Assembly: GCA_964234715.1 (NCBI GenBank)
Contig: OZ174289.1
DNA: 64,000 bases
Source: Podarcis melisellensis
Taxonomy: Eukaryota
Direction: 5' to 3' (one strand)
Below are positions 11,862 through 23,299 of the stretch, in pieces. A program made the translations under genes and the position numbers. The notes beneath the pieces were generated by a model. The model had not been told where the DNA came from and searched no databases. It saw nothing but the letters and a program-made list of their open reading frames with translations. Numbering within the stretch: position 1 is the stretch's first letter; each line of letters opens with the position of its first letter.

Positions 11862-12725
11862 TTTTCCTTAGGATGTCCCTATTTTCATTGTAGAAGTGTT
11901 GGAGGGTATGGTATATATGAGCAGTTATACTTTCTGTTGATTAAATGGGACCGAACTGCAACTAACTTGGTCAGCCCAGCCCAATATTTTTCTTCTTTAT
12001 TTATTTGGAATATTTATACCCTGCCTATTGATCAAAGTTGTTGAGGCTGCTTATAATATATTTTTAAATGAAATGAAATTAATTAAAACAAATTAAATTA
12101 AAACAAAGAAGAGTTACTCGGAACTGTGATCTAGTTGATTGCAAGGGAATGCATCTCAGGATCCTCTTTCAGGATCCTTGCTTACTCTAACAAGTGTATG
12201 AGGTGATAACAAGGCTTTAGAGTGTGGCATTTTTCATTTACCAATAAAAATATTGTTAAAAACTTGTTAAAAACAAGTTGACATGAATTTTATATAAATG
12301 TAAGTAAAACCAACTGTTTTAAAACAAATATACCTTAAGAATTACATGCTAAAATTATATGGCTGGGTAGCCTTGCCTAAACTGAAGTTTTTAGCAGGTG
12401 TGGGAAACAGTACTGTGAAGCTGCCTGCCTAATATCAGTAGATGTTGAATTTGTGTGTTTGCTGCACTAGGTACATTTGGGAAGAATGGTAGGATAGACA
12501 TTTTATTAATAACAACAAGCAAATGTTTTATCAGGCATTGGAAATAGTACAATGAAATCACCTGCTTAACATTGATAAGCAGGAAGTTCCAGAGGCTAGG
12601 TGGTGCCACTCTGAAGGAACAATTCCTTGCAAGCATGGAACAAAAATTATGTGGCACTTGTGAAAGTGCCAGTTCCACAGACTAAAGTGGTCAAGTGGAA
12701 ACTGCCTGTCTAGACAGATCCTATA

Positions 12726-12954
12726 CAATCATACCTTGGAAGTTGAACAGAATCCGTTCTGGAAGTCCGTTCAACTTCCAAAATGTTCGGAAACCAAAGT
12801 GCAGCTCCTGCAGGCAATCAGAAGCCACAGAAGCCCCATCAGGCATTTGGCTTCCAAAAATAGTTTGCAAACCAGAACAGTCACTTCTGGGTTTGCGATG
12901 TTCAGAAGCCAAAACATTTGAGAACTAAGCTGTTTGAAAACCAAGGTAAGACTG
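12726..12954. mobile_element. Tc1/mariner (Tigger-like) MITE
   Basis: TA|CAATCATACCTTGG...CCAAGGTAAGACTG|TA; same family as 20324-20537. Confidence 0.85.
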
Positions 12955-12956
12955 TA

Positions 12957-13202
12957 CAATGGTACCTCTGGATGTGAACAGGCTCCATTCTGGAGCCTCA
13001 TTCGCATCCTGAAGCGAAAGCAACCTGTGTCTGTACGGGTTGCGATTCGCCACTTCCGCGTACGTGTGTGACGTCATTTTGAGCGTCTGCGCATGCACGA
13101 GTGGCGAAACCTGGAAGTAACGTGCGGCTTTACTTTCTGGTCGCCGTGGAGCGTAACCTGAAAATGCTCAACCTAAAGCACGTTTAACCCGAGGTATGAC
13201 TG
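12957..13202. mobile_element. Tc1/mariner (Tigger-like) MITE, second family
   Basis: TA|CAATGGTACCTC...GAGGTATGACTG|TA; related copies lie in the opposite orientation at 49597-49848 and 59120-59348. Confidence 0.85.
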
Positions 13203-13379
13203 TATGTAAACTGGGGGGCCTGCAGTATGTTGTTCTTCACCTAAGCAAGCAAAATGTATTGGGCTGTCCTTGGACTCCATAGCCTAATTTGGAAGGGAAA
13301 ACATTATTTTTGGGGGAGGGGGAGGGGAGGGAAAGTGCTGTTAAAGAATTGAGAGTTGGCATTTTTGTGGTGACCTAAA

Positions 13380-13733
13380 GGGACGCGGGTGGCGCTGTGG
13401 CTTAAACCATAGAGCCTAGGATTTGCTGATCAGAAGGTCAATGGTTCAAATCCCCACGACGGGGTGAGCTCCTGTTGCTCGGTCCCTGCTCCTGCCCACC
13501 TAGCAGTTTGAAAGCATGTCAAAGTGCAAGTAGATAAATAGGTACAGCTCCAGCGGGAAGGTAAACGGCATTTCCGTGACTGCTCTGGTTCGCCAGAAGC
13601 GGCTTAGTCATGCTGGCCACATGACCCGGAAGCTGTACACCGGCTCCCTTGCCCAGTAAAGCAAGATGAGCGCTGCAACGCCAGAGTCGGCCACGACTGG
13701 ACCTAATGGTCAGGGGTCCCTTTACCTTTTTAC
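13380..13733 (+). mobile_element. Sauria SINE (subfamily A), full length
   Basis: GGGACGCGGGTGGCGCTGTGG head, conserved core, CCTTTACCTTT tail. Confidence 0.93.
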
Positions 13734-15303
13734 TGCAAATCACACAGATATCTACTGGTAAATCCTCACCTACCATCTACCCCTCCAGTCTAAATTTACC
13801 CAACTGCATCACTGAATGCTGTATTTTGCAAAAGGGGAAATTCTATAAAGGGAGTTGGCATTTGAGAAGTCTCTTCTCTCTCTCTGACATCCTTGATCCT
13901 TTAAGTTGATAAAGCTGCACTTTGATCAGGCTGGCTCAAAATCTTTTTGAAAGGATAAGATATCCAAAAGACTGCTAAGTCTTTTTTAATGATCTGTTAA
14001 TTGTTTACATTCAGTCTGAACCTGTCCAACAACTTGTGGCATTCTCTCTCTCTCTCTCTCTCTTGCTTTTGCCAAGGCATTTTTGGCCCTCCTGCTCTGT
14101 TCACCCTCAGGCAGAACACCCCCCCCCATTGAAGTGCAGGTGTGCTTAGCAGGTATCATAAAACTATCATAAAAAGTGCAGATGCGCATAGCATGCCTGT
14201 CAGGTGACATGCTCCTCTACGTTAAAAAGACACTGGCTGTGTATAAATTAAGAACCAATTTGCTAGCGTGCCACCTTTCTGATTGCCCTGCCTGAGTAAT
14301 TTTCTCTGCAGCCCCAGACTGAATATGCTATTTCACCAGAGCTGGCTATGACTCATTTCCCTGCATTAGTTTCCTCTCACAGATGGCATCATTTCATCTC
14401 CTGCATTGAGAGTGACAATTGACATTGTGGAACTGAGGCGGCAGAGAGTACCTCCATGATGAATATATAATCTGCATGATAAATTTTCTCTAGTTTTGTG
14501 TTTTAGGGAGCGGGGGACAGCGGGGGGGATTAAAAACATAAATGTGCACATATGCGCATGCAAGCGGGCTCACACATATCTAGAGAAAATGACTTGAAGC
14601 TGTTAATTTGATTCCAAAGGCACTTGGTGATATGGATTGTTGGTCTCTCACATGCCAAAAATAGGCTAAGGGGAGGGGAGAATGGCTGCAAAAGATGTGA
14701 GGATGATCCAGTTATTCTTGGTGCATGAAAGTTGGTTATTTACATCTATTGCCTTCTTCTTCCCTGTTTACCCCACTGCACCTGACAGTTTCTCTTGAGG
14801 TCATGTTTCCTCTTGGACCCTAAAGAGTGACATCACTCTTTGAAATGGTGACAAAGCAAGCTGATTTTCTTGGCTGCTGAAATAATAGCCTTCCCAGGAG
14901 CTACTGTCAAAAGGCATAAAAATGTATCTGAATACATTTGGGCAAAATATCCCTCAATTGCAGGGAGCTGGACTAGAGGACCTCTCTGACCCTTACAGTT
15001 CTACAATTCTATGCTTCTAAGACGATGTTGAGGGACAGTCACAATTTTGGACTCTTACGTTCCATCTCTTTGCTCTCAGATATGCATGTGTTGGCACCAT
15101 CTCAAAAAGAATTTCTGGAAAGGGGTGTGTTTGCCAAAAATGGCTCCAGCCTCTGCTGAAATGGTTGGATGTGGTTATAACACGCCTCCTCCTCCTCAGC
15201 TGGAAGCAGCTTTTTCATTACAGTGTCTTCCTTGATTACCTAGGTTGAGCATTGCTTCTTTGTTTAAATGGATGGATGTGCAAAACAACCAAGTGTGAAG
15301 ATG

Positions 15304-15372
15304 CTGGGTGTATTCACTTCTGGGCATCAATTCAAGAAAGACATTGACAAGCCAGAGGTGATTCAAAGCAAA
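15304..15372 (+). mobile_element. CR1 LINE ORF2 fragment
   Basis: Encodes ..HQFKKDIDKPEVIQ, a decayed form of the CR1 motif PQFKKDIDKLERVQ. Confidence 0.5.
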
Positions 15373-16275
15373 GATTTAGAAGGCACTAAATCTATCCTTG
15401 TTGCTGTTTATATATATTTTTTCTTTTCTTTTCAGATTTACATCCTAATGCCCACTTAGCTCCTTAAGCCTGCTAGGCAACTCATAATATGGCACAGCTT
15501 ATTAACACAAGAGAGGTGGTTGTTATGGAAAAAGTCAGCATGGGGTAAGAGTAGTAGACTAGGATTGAATTGGAAATCCCATTCTGTTATGAAGCTCATA
15601 GGAAGTGGGGAGACTAGGGAAATGGCATGGGAAGAAAGGCTCTAAACACCTCATCTTGCAGAATATAAGGCTGGGGTAAGATACACATTCCACAGACTTG
15701 GAGCCACCACCCAAAAGGGCCAATGCTCTGCAGAGTGGGGATGCACTTTTAGCCCCATGTCCTGTAACAACCGCGCACTGTGTATGGTTATCTGCAGAGA
15801 AATCTTAGTGAATGAGCCCCAGCACCTAGTTGCATGTAGAAGATCACATTTCAGAATATCTCTGCAGACAACACATGGTTTTTGCAGGAAGGTGGTGCAG
15901 TTTGTGGTATGTGTGTGCTGAAACACACAGGCAACATGGCTATTTCCTTGGTGTAAGCAGGAAACATCAGGCTAGCTTGGATGCAGATATCAGAGGAGCA
16001 CAGTGCTGATCTTTGAGGGGCACAGTTTTATTCAGATTAGTTTTTGTTATATCTTATAAATTCCCAATAATATTTTACTTTTATATTTTGAAGGATTTTA
16101 TCATTTTTGCAGTAAATCATACATTAGAGTTGTTGTTTTTTAAATGTATATATGAAATAGAGAACTTGTAGAGCTGAGTGGAGGTCAGTGCAATATAGTG
16201 AAAATGCACTTACTTTTAAATCTTGCAGTCAAATCTTAATCTTATTTAGAAAATGCATTCATTTTTCTATGAGCT

Positions 16276-17307
16276 ATGGGTGATTTTTTTTAAAAAAACT
16301 ATCTGGCGCTCGGTACTGGAAACGAAAGGCAGAAAAAGCTAAAGAGCAAGCAAAGCAAGAGGGGTTCTTCCTGCAATGCCTTTGAACACAGAAAGCCATT
16401 GAAGAACAGCACAACTATACTTTTGTTGAAACTTACATAGAGGGAGCTGAATGTAGTGTTCCTACTACCAATGATGTAAACTCTAAGACAGAAGTTTCAC
16501 AAATTGGAGATATTTCTAGAAAACACACAGAGAAAAAGGAGGATGTCAAGAAAAGTGAAAATACTGCAAAGTCTGCAAAGGAAGATTGTATTGTGCTTGA
16601 CTTGAATTACAGGGACCCTGCTAACTGGCCTAACTATTGCAGTGATAATTTTCGACAGATTATGACACAACACGAACCACAGCAGATAGTATCACATGAA
16701 GTGTGATATATTCAACTTCAAAATATGTGAGGTTTTTTTTTTTGATAGATGGTAGTCAGATTGCAAAGGAGCAAGGAATCTACCAAACTTTGTGACGGTA
16801 GGTTTCTACAGTGCTATATTAGACATAGCCATACATTCTGTTGAAGAGAGATTCCATCAGTTACAAATAAAATAAAAATAAAATCTACTGAAGATGTACT
16901 TAAGGCCTACATGAATTTGGAAAAAGCACTTGATGCACAATGGAAACAACTATATTGATTCTGAAGATCTTTGCTGTGAACTTATAGCAATAGCTCGAAG
17001 ACTTCCAAAGTCTATGCTGCTTCAAGGAGTACTTCTCTTCATACTACAACAAAAACACCTGGATAATATGCCTAATGTTTCTGTTGCTCTAAGGATTATC
17101 CTCACATTTCCAGTGTCTGTGGGAAGCAGTGAATGCAGGTTCTTAAAGCTCAAACTTATAAAAACTTACATACACTGAACGATGTTGCAAAAGAGACTAA
17201 TTGGCTTGGCCGCTATATCAGTTGAAAATGCCCAAGCACCAGCACTTGAGCCGAAAGAATTGGTGACAAATTTTGCAGAGGAAAAGGCATGGAAAGTAAG
17301 ATTTTGA
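16276..17307 (+). pseudogene. Decayed hAT transposase (ZMYM1-like group), N-terminus joined to the C-terminal dimerisation domain
   Basis: N-terminal LSGA.YWKRKAEK..EQAKQEG and DPANWP motifs. C-terminal PNVSVALRIILTFPVSVGSSECRFLKLKLIKTY / TMLQKRLIGLAAISVE...LVTNFAEEKAWKVRF* matches the hAT dimerisation consensus. Has stops and frameshifts, and the catalytic core is largely missing. Confidence 0.85.
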
Positions 17308-17589
17308 TGTGCCTGAAACTGAAACTTAAATGTTAACATCAAAATCCACAAGATTATTCAAAATTATTTGTATGCTAAAACATTTTCTTTTGTACAGTAT
17401 TTGAGAAAGGTAATCAAAGATGGTTGTATTACTTATTCTCGCAATTTAAAATAAATTTAGCAGTTTCAAGTTTTGTGCATTTCATTTTTTCTACAATACA
17501 TATGTTTTGAAAATTGAAGTTAACTCTGTGTGTGTGTGTGTGTGTGCATGCGCACACCTTACCTAAGCTGCAAAATAGACTGGCACTGG

Positions 17590-17771
17590 CACTGGTGGAT
17601 GAAGAGGAGTGCGGGGGAGTGCATCACCCCTGGTAGCATGATCCTGGTGGGGTACCATCGCTGCTGCCCCCCCGCACTGGGTGCCATGTCCCCGCAGGCA
17701 GTGCCCCCTGCCCCACCCCACCCCGCCTGCTCTCCGCCCTCTTGGTGCTGGAGCATGAAGCTCTGCCACTG
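17590..17771. mobile_element. GC-rich hAT-type MITE (CASTGGCGGAG...CTCCGCCACTG family)
   Basis: Homologous to 58502-58740. Flanked by 8-mers GGCACTGG and GGCACCAG. Confidence 0.8.
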
Positions 17772-17882
17772 GGCACCAGCACTGTAAGTATCCCATGGAA
17801 AGGCCTTGTAATAGATTGTAATCTGGCTTCTGGAATCTGAACATGGGCCTCACTTAAATAGGAGGTTCCTATGGAAGAGGAC

Positions 17883-18210
17883 GGGATGCGGGTGGCGCTG
17901 TGGGTTAAACCACAGAGCCTAGGGCTTGCTGATCAGAAGGTCAGTGGTTCGACCTTCCCGTTGTTCAGTCCCAGCTCCTGCCAACCTAGCAGTTCGAAAG
18001 CATGCAGTGCAAGTAGATAAATAGGTACCGCTCTGGCGGGAAGGTAAATGGTGTTTTCTTGCACTGCTCTGGTTCACCAGAAGTGGCTTAGTCAAGCTGT
18101 CTGTGGACAAACGCCGGCTCCCTCGGCCAGTAAAGCAAGATGAGCGCCGCAACCCCAGAGTCGTCCACGACTGGACTTAACTGTCAGGGGTCCCCTTTCC
18201 TTTACCTTTG
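17883..18210 (+). mobile_element. Sauria SINE (subfamily A)
   Basis: Head, core and tail present with small internal deletions; 13-bp TSD TATGGAAGAGGAC. Confidence 0.93.
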
Positions 18211-19655
18211 TATGGAAGAGGACATTTTAAAGTTCTGGTGCCATTTGTGGAATTCTCTCTTTGAGGACTTTCACTCAACATCTACTGTTATCTCTTCATT
18301 GCCAGGTGAAAACCTAATTGTAGGTTTCCCATACTTGCAAAATTTGCTAGAACAGGCATCAGAATCTCACTAATGGACACCTATTTTAGCCACTCTTTTT
18401 TGTCACCTTTATATCCATGCCATTCTTGCTCTGGGTGATAGTGTGCACAGGTTGAGCCAGGTTGATGACTCATTCATGAATCCATCAGCGGCCAAGAAAT
18501 ACAAGATGCAAACCCAATGTGGAGTTAGTGGTGGCCTGAGACACCTGTGCTTAGGGGGTTAACCCTGAACAAAAGGAACATAGTAATGATAATAATCATA
18601 ATCCTCTCTCACTTGGTGTCTAATTATGGCAATATCCTATTGATGCCCTCCATTACTACAGCCAGTTGCAATTACTCTTATCGGTTTTCTGCCACAATTT
18701 AGTCCCATTGTCAAGTCTGTAACATTGTGGAGTTAAGTAACGTTTTCCTTCCCTGTTGATGTCAGTTGCCAGGGTAGCTGCATGCATTAAACTTAAAGGT
18801 TACGCTTTCTCTGTGTAAGAGATTTCTCTGAAGTGTTGAACTTTAATCTTTCCAGCACCAAACGTATCGGTGAATGTGTTACCTTTCATTTTTCTCCCCT
18901 TGAAGTTTGTGCAGCAGAGGTTACATCGCTGAAAGCCTGCACGTTTAAAAATAAAAGAGGGATTTTTTTGTTTGTTTGTTTGTCTGAAAAGAAACTCTTT
19001 CAGCTGCCTTTAAACCCACCCACTCCACCCCTTGGCAGACCATGGTCATTGCAAACCTGCTGTAGCCTTTTCCTCCAGCACGGATATCACCCCTGGGGCA
19101 AAGTTCACACCTTATTTTTAAGTGCACACCTATGATGTTTTAAAGGCATAACTTTGCTTTATGACAAACAAGGTTGAATCCTTCAGATTTAGTGTTTTGT
19201 TTTGTTTTTTAAGGTCACATCCACATCATACATTTAATTTTGGGAATTGTAGACCTGGGCCCTTGAAGACATCCTTTTTATTGTGCATTCATGATTATTC
19301 ATGCTCATGGTGCTATTGGGGCAGACATATGTTTCCTGCTTTCAATATTGTTTGTGCCTACAAAAGTATTTGGATAGTCACACTGCAGTCATACTGCTTC
19401 ATTTCCATCTAGTGAATATGTAGCGCAGCCGGCTAGTTTCGGGCAGGCTAAACATATGGCTCAGTTCCCAGTAGAAGGAAATACTTGCTCCCCCGCCACA
19501 GCATTCAGCTCCTAAACTGATTGCCTCATTCTGACTAATGGTAGGCCTGGCTGGCCTGTGGCCCTCCAGGTGCTGTTGGATTCCAACTCACCACAGCCCT
19601 AGCCAGCATGGTACTGGTCAGGTGTCAATAGAGTAGTAGTCCAGCAATAGCTAAA

Positions 19656-20022
19656 AGGTAAAGGTAAAGGTACCCCTGCCCATACGGGCCAGTTGTGACC
19701 GACTCTGGGGTTGCGCGCCCATCTCGCTTAAGAGGCCGGGGGCCAGCGCTGTCCGGAGACACTTCCGGGTCACGTGGCCAGCGTGACGAAGCTGCTCTGG
19801 CAAGCCTGCACCAGCGCAGCACACGGAAACGCCGTTTACCTTCCTGCTATAAAGCGGTACCTATTTATCTACTTGCACTTAGGAGTGTTTTCGAAATGCT
19901 AGGTGGGCAGGAGCTGGGACCGAACGACGGGAGCTCACCCCGCCGCGGGGATTTGAATTGCCGACCATACGATTGGCAAGTCCTAGGCGCTGAGGTTTTA
20001 CCCACAGCGCCACCTGCGTCCC
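19656..20022 (-). mobile_element. Sauria SINE (subfamily B-like), full length
   Basis: Reverse-complement SINE with TSD CAGCAATAGCTAAA. It sits inside a palindromic MITE (about 19550-20057). Confidence 0.95.
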
Positions 20023-20323
20023 CAGCAATAGCTAAAGAGTCTCAAAAGGGCTTCCCATAAGACCATTAAATTCACAGCCAGCACCGGTTACCTGATCCTC
20101 TTAATTGAAACTAGCAGGATTGAACCTGGGATTGTCTACAAGCAAAGCATATATTGCGCCATAGTTGTTATTATTTGTATTTATTTTTCATTGATGAATT
20201 GCTTTCCATAAAGCAACCTGAAGAAATCTATAGCACAGTAAATGCCCCCCCCCCCATGGAACAACTGCATATATAAAAACCGCTAAAACATTTGCATATA
20301 TACTGTGGGTATCTAGGATATTG

Positions 20324-20537
20324 CAGTCGTACCTTGGAAGTCGAATGGAATCTATACCGGAAATCCATTTGACTTCCAAAACATTTGGAAACCAAGGCAC
20401 AACTTCTGATTGGCTGCAGGAAGCATCGGACGTTCGGGTTCCAAAGAATGTTCGCAAACCGGAACACTCACTTCCAGGTTTGTGGCTTTCGGGGGCCAAA
20501 ACAGTCAACTCCCAAGGCGTTCGGGATCCAATGACTG
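20324..20537. mobile_element. Tc1/mariner (Tigger-like) MITE
   Basis: CAGTCGTACCTTGG...TGACTG|TA; homologous to 12726-12954. Confidence 0.8.
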
Positions 20538-20749
20538 TACTTGATTTATTCCCCATCATCCGGGGGGGGGGTATCCTTAGCTGTCAGCTGCCTCCTTTTT
20601 AGTCTCAGTGTTGCCCATGTAGGGAGATGGAATGGGATAAAACTTGTATTAGTTGACTTTGCCTGTCATTGGCTGTTGCTTCACGTAGTTCTGGTCTCCT
20701 TGCCTTCCACTCTGCCAGGTGCAATGGGCACCAGCTATCACTGCAATGT

Positions 20750-20865
20750 GGTTTACACTGACAGCGGGTCTCCAGGATTCAGGCAGGATTCTTTTCTAGC
20801 CCTCCCTTACTCAAAATGCTAGAGATTGAATCTAGAACCTTCTGCAAATTAAGCTATGGTCCTTC
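20750..20865 (-). mobile_element. Old tRNA-Ala-like SINE fragment
   Basis: Reverse complement resembles the copies at 48138-48293 and 57428-57550. Confidence 0.5.
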
Positions 20866-21536
20866 TCCTTTTTTCAAAAAGTGGAAAAAGGAAAAGGACT
20901 GCAAATGGCAGATGACATGATCTAGTCCAAGTGAAGTCTTTTTTTTTTTTTAAAAAAAAATCCCATTAGTTTTAACAGGAAAAGTTCAAAGCACCTGTTT
21001 AACACTTTCATTGACATCAACGGCAATTTGAATTGCCTAACTTTTGACAGCATCACATCCTCTTTGTCTTTAATTTAGCTTTTGGGTGACCTCTATAAGT
21101 TTTATGCATTAATTTGTTTGCAGTGTTTCCATAATGAAAAATAAAGCTAAGTTAAATAATACTTCCCCTACATTTTATGAGCTCCTTTTATATTCTGAAA
21201 CAGAAGCTTAATGGTCTCTGACTGTAGCCATATAAACTAATGAGAGCCATTAGAAGCTACTAATCTTCCAACAAGAACTTGGAAATGTTGCTCAACACTG
21301 TCAAGGCTGTCAACTGAGCAAGCTGGACAGCCACCCGTGTCTCCTTGCTTGGGGATCAGTTGGGGATGGTGATGGGGAAAGCAGTCATCAGTTTGACCCT
21401 CTGCTCTGCCTATGAAACTGGTTCAAAACTGCAACTGGGGGGAAAAGAGGAATGATAGAGCTGGAAGGTAGCAAGAAGTGCCAGCACTAAAAGCAGGAGG
21501 CATTGTTTCTGTGGGCAGCAGCCCCATGTGGTGAGC

Positions 21537-21939
21537 CGGAGCCGTCTTTCCCATAGGGCTTAGGGGTGTGTTGTGCCAGGGCGCCGGCCTCTCATGGGCA
21601 CTCCAGTGAGTGGGGGAGCTGCACAGCTTTGCCGGTGGCCTCCCCTTTCCCTCCTGCATGCCTGCCAGCTGCGCCCCATCAACCATATGGTTGGCGGGCG
21701 TGCAGCTTGCCTCCCAAGCCTCTGCAGGAGGAGAGCGGTCCCCGCAGAGGCTTAGGATGGAAGCTACGCCATGCCAGCTATATGGCTGGCAGATGTGTAG
21801 CTTCCTTCCCATGCCCCCTGCAGGAGGAGAGTGATCTCTGCAGAGGCCTGGGAAAAGGTCAACAACTCTGGGAAACGGGGGGGGGGGGCGTAGGAGGGAT
21901 CTTTGCACCATGGCGCTAGGTATGCTTAAGATGGCCCTG
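21537..21939. mobile_element. GC-rich hAT-type MITE with an internal tandem duplication
   Basis: TIRs CGGAGCCGTCTT / AAGATGGCCCTG; perfect 8-bp TSD TGGTGAGC at 21529-21536 and 21940-21947. Confidence 0.85.
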
Positions 21940-22099
21940 TGGTGAGCTATCCAGAATGGCAGCTTAGAGGATTTTGTGGCCGCACACACACACACAGACC
22001 ATTGGGTCTCCCTAGGCAGGAAGGACAATAAAGGGCTTCCTGTTTGGGTTGGGATTTTGCCTAACCACCTATGATCTTGCTGGCTATGATGGGTTTCCC

Positions 22100-23017
22100 C
22101 ATCAAACTCTAGGTTTGGTTCCTCTGTCCAGGCTCAACTCCCAGAAGTGGAACTTAAGCCTAGTGCCCATGTAATACACGTGGTGTGGTAGCTATAGCAG
22201 GACTGTTCTTTCCAGCATCTCCGGGGGAATGAGCACTCACACTTTACATCGTGGGTGCCCTTTGCAGGATCGCGTGCGGCACTTTGGACTCCGGGGAACG
22301 TACCGGTTGTGTGGGCTGGCCTGCATCTCAGGGTTATTCTTTGGAGGTTCACGCCCAGCCTCAGTTAAGTCAAATTACACTGCTGGGAGGTGAAGCCAGT
22401 CACATAAATAGGGGGTGGAGCTGGCAGCAGCCAGGCAGTTGTCTCAGGAGCTTCACCCACCCAACCCTCCCTTAGTTTAATGTTTCTTGTTTGCAAATTA
22501 ACCTTTTTTTCTTTCTGTTTAACGGGCACTGCTACGGTCTTTGACTGGTTGCTGTTGAAGAACCGGGAAGAATTTTTCCTGCATTGGCAGGTTTTGTCTT
22601 CCCTGTAGCAATTCATCACAACTTTGGCGGTTTAAGACCTTGGGCAGAATCCTTTAGTCTTTAATTCCCTAAAATTGGGGGAGGGGGTCTGAAGTGGTGC
22701 CCCCCCACACGGCGGCAGTGATTCTAGGGTCCTTTCTTAAAAGGGGTTGTAATATGAGTGTCACTGGTCATACACTGAAAGGTTGTCAGTGAACTACCCT
22801 GCGTGTGGGGATATGGGGTGGGCTGCCTGCTTACATGTGTGTCTTGCAGGGCACCCCCATATCCTATTTACCCTGAGGCGCCCCAGCCAAGGTCTTCCTA
22901 CATTTGAAAGTTTAATAAAGTTTGTGGCCAAATTTTAATTCCATAACACGTTGTCACAAGTCATTATTCCTTTCTGGTGGTCCCTGGGGGCTGGGGCGGT
23001 CACTGCCTGGTCACACA
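22100..23017 (+). mobile_element. Probable retroelement terminal-repeat remnant (DIRS/Ngaro-like or solo LTR)
   Basis: CpG-retaining GC-rich block with TATA-like CATAAATAGGGGG (about 22403), CACCCACCCAACCCTCCC, and AATAAAGTTTGTGGCC (about 22914), which I recall as typical of vertebrate DIRS-like repeats. No TSD found; boundaries are approximate. Confidence 0.4.
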
Positions 23018-23299
23018 AAGTAAGATTGTTCACAAAGAGCCCGCATGGTAGTTCCGACTAGAATGGCCACTTACAAACAGCTGAAAGAAGAGAGGAAATG
23101 CATCACTGAAAGAAAGAGGACAAAAGAGGATGTTCATTTGTGTAAAAAAAAATTATATATGCCCCCAAAACTCTATATCTCTTAACAACTCTGAGGGCTA
23201 GAGACTTAAACCATCTTTTACAGCGAGATCACCAGGAAGCTAAATTCTGTGCCAGATACTAAATGGAACTTGGAACATATGTCTGAAGTTGAGATTACC

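Larger units (their letters stand above)
11244..11910. mobile_element. MITE (CAGACCTTCCAA...TTGGAGGGTATG) hosting a Sauria SINE
   Basis: Same termini as 4364-4438. Flanks are ATATAT and GTATAT. Confidence 0.7.
16001..17784 (+). mobile_element. Internally deleted hAT DNA transposon relic
   Basis: Contains transposase remnants. Putative TIRs are CAGTGCTGAT (16001) and ..ACCAGCACTG (17784), consistent with an ancestral CAGTGCCGGT. No matching TSD was found, so the left boundary is tentative. Confidence 0.6.

Noticed and set aside
16930-17178. Domesticated ZMYM/ZBED-like gene
   Set aside because: Frameshifts, stops, a mutated ERSFS motif and a missing catalytic core indicate a dead transposon.
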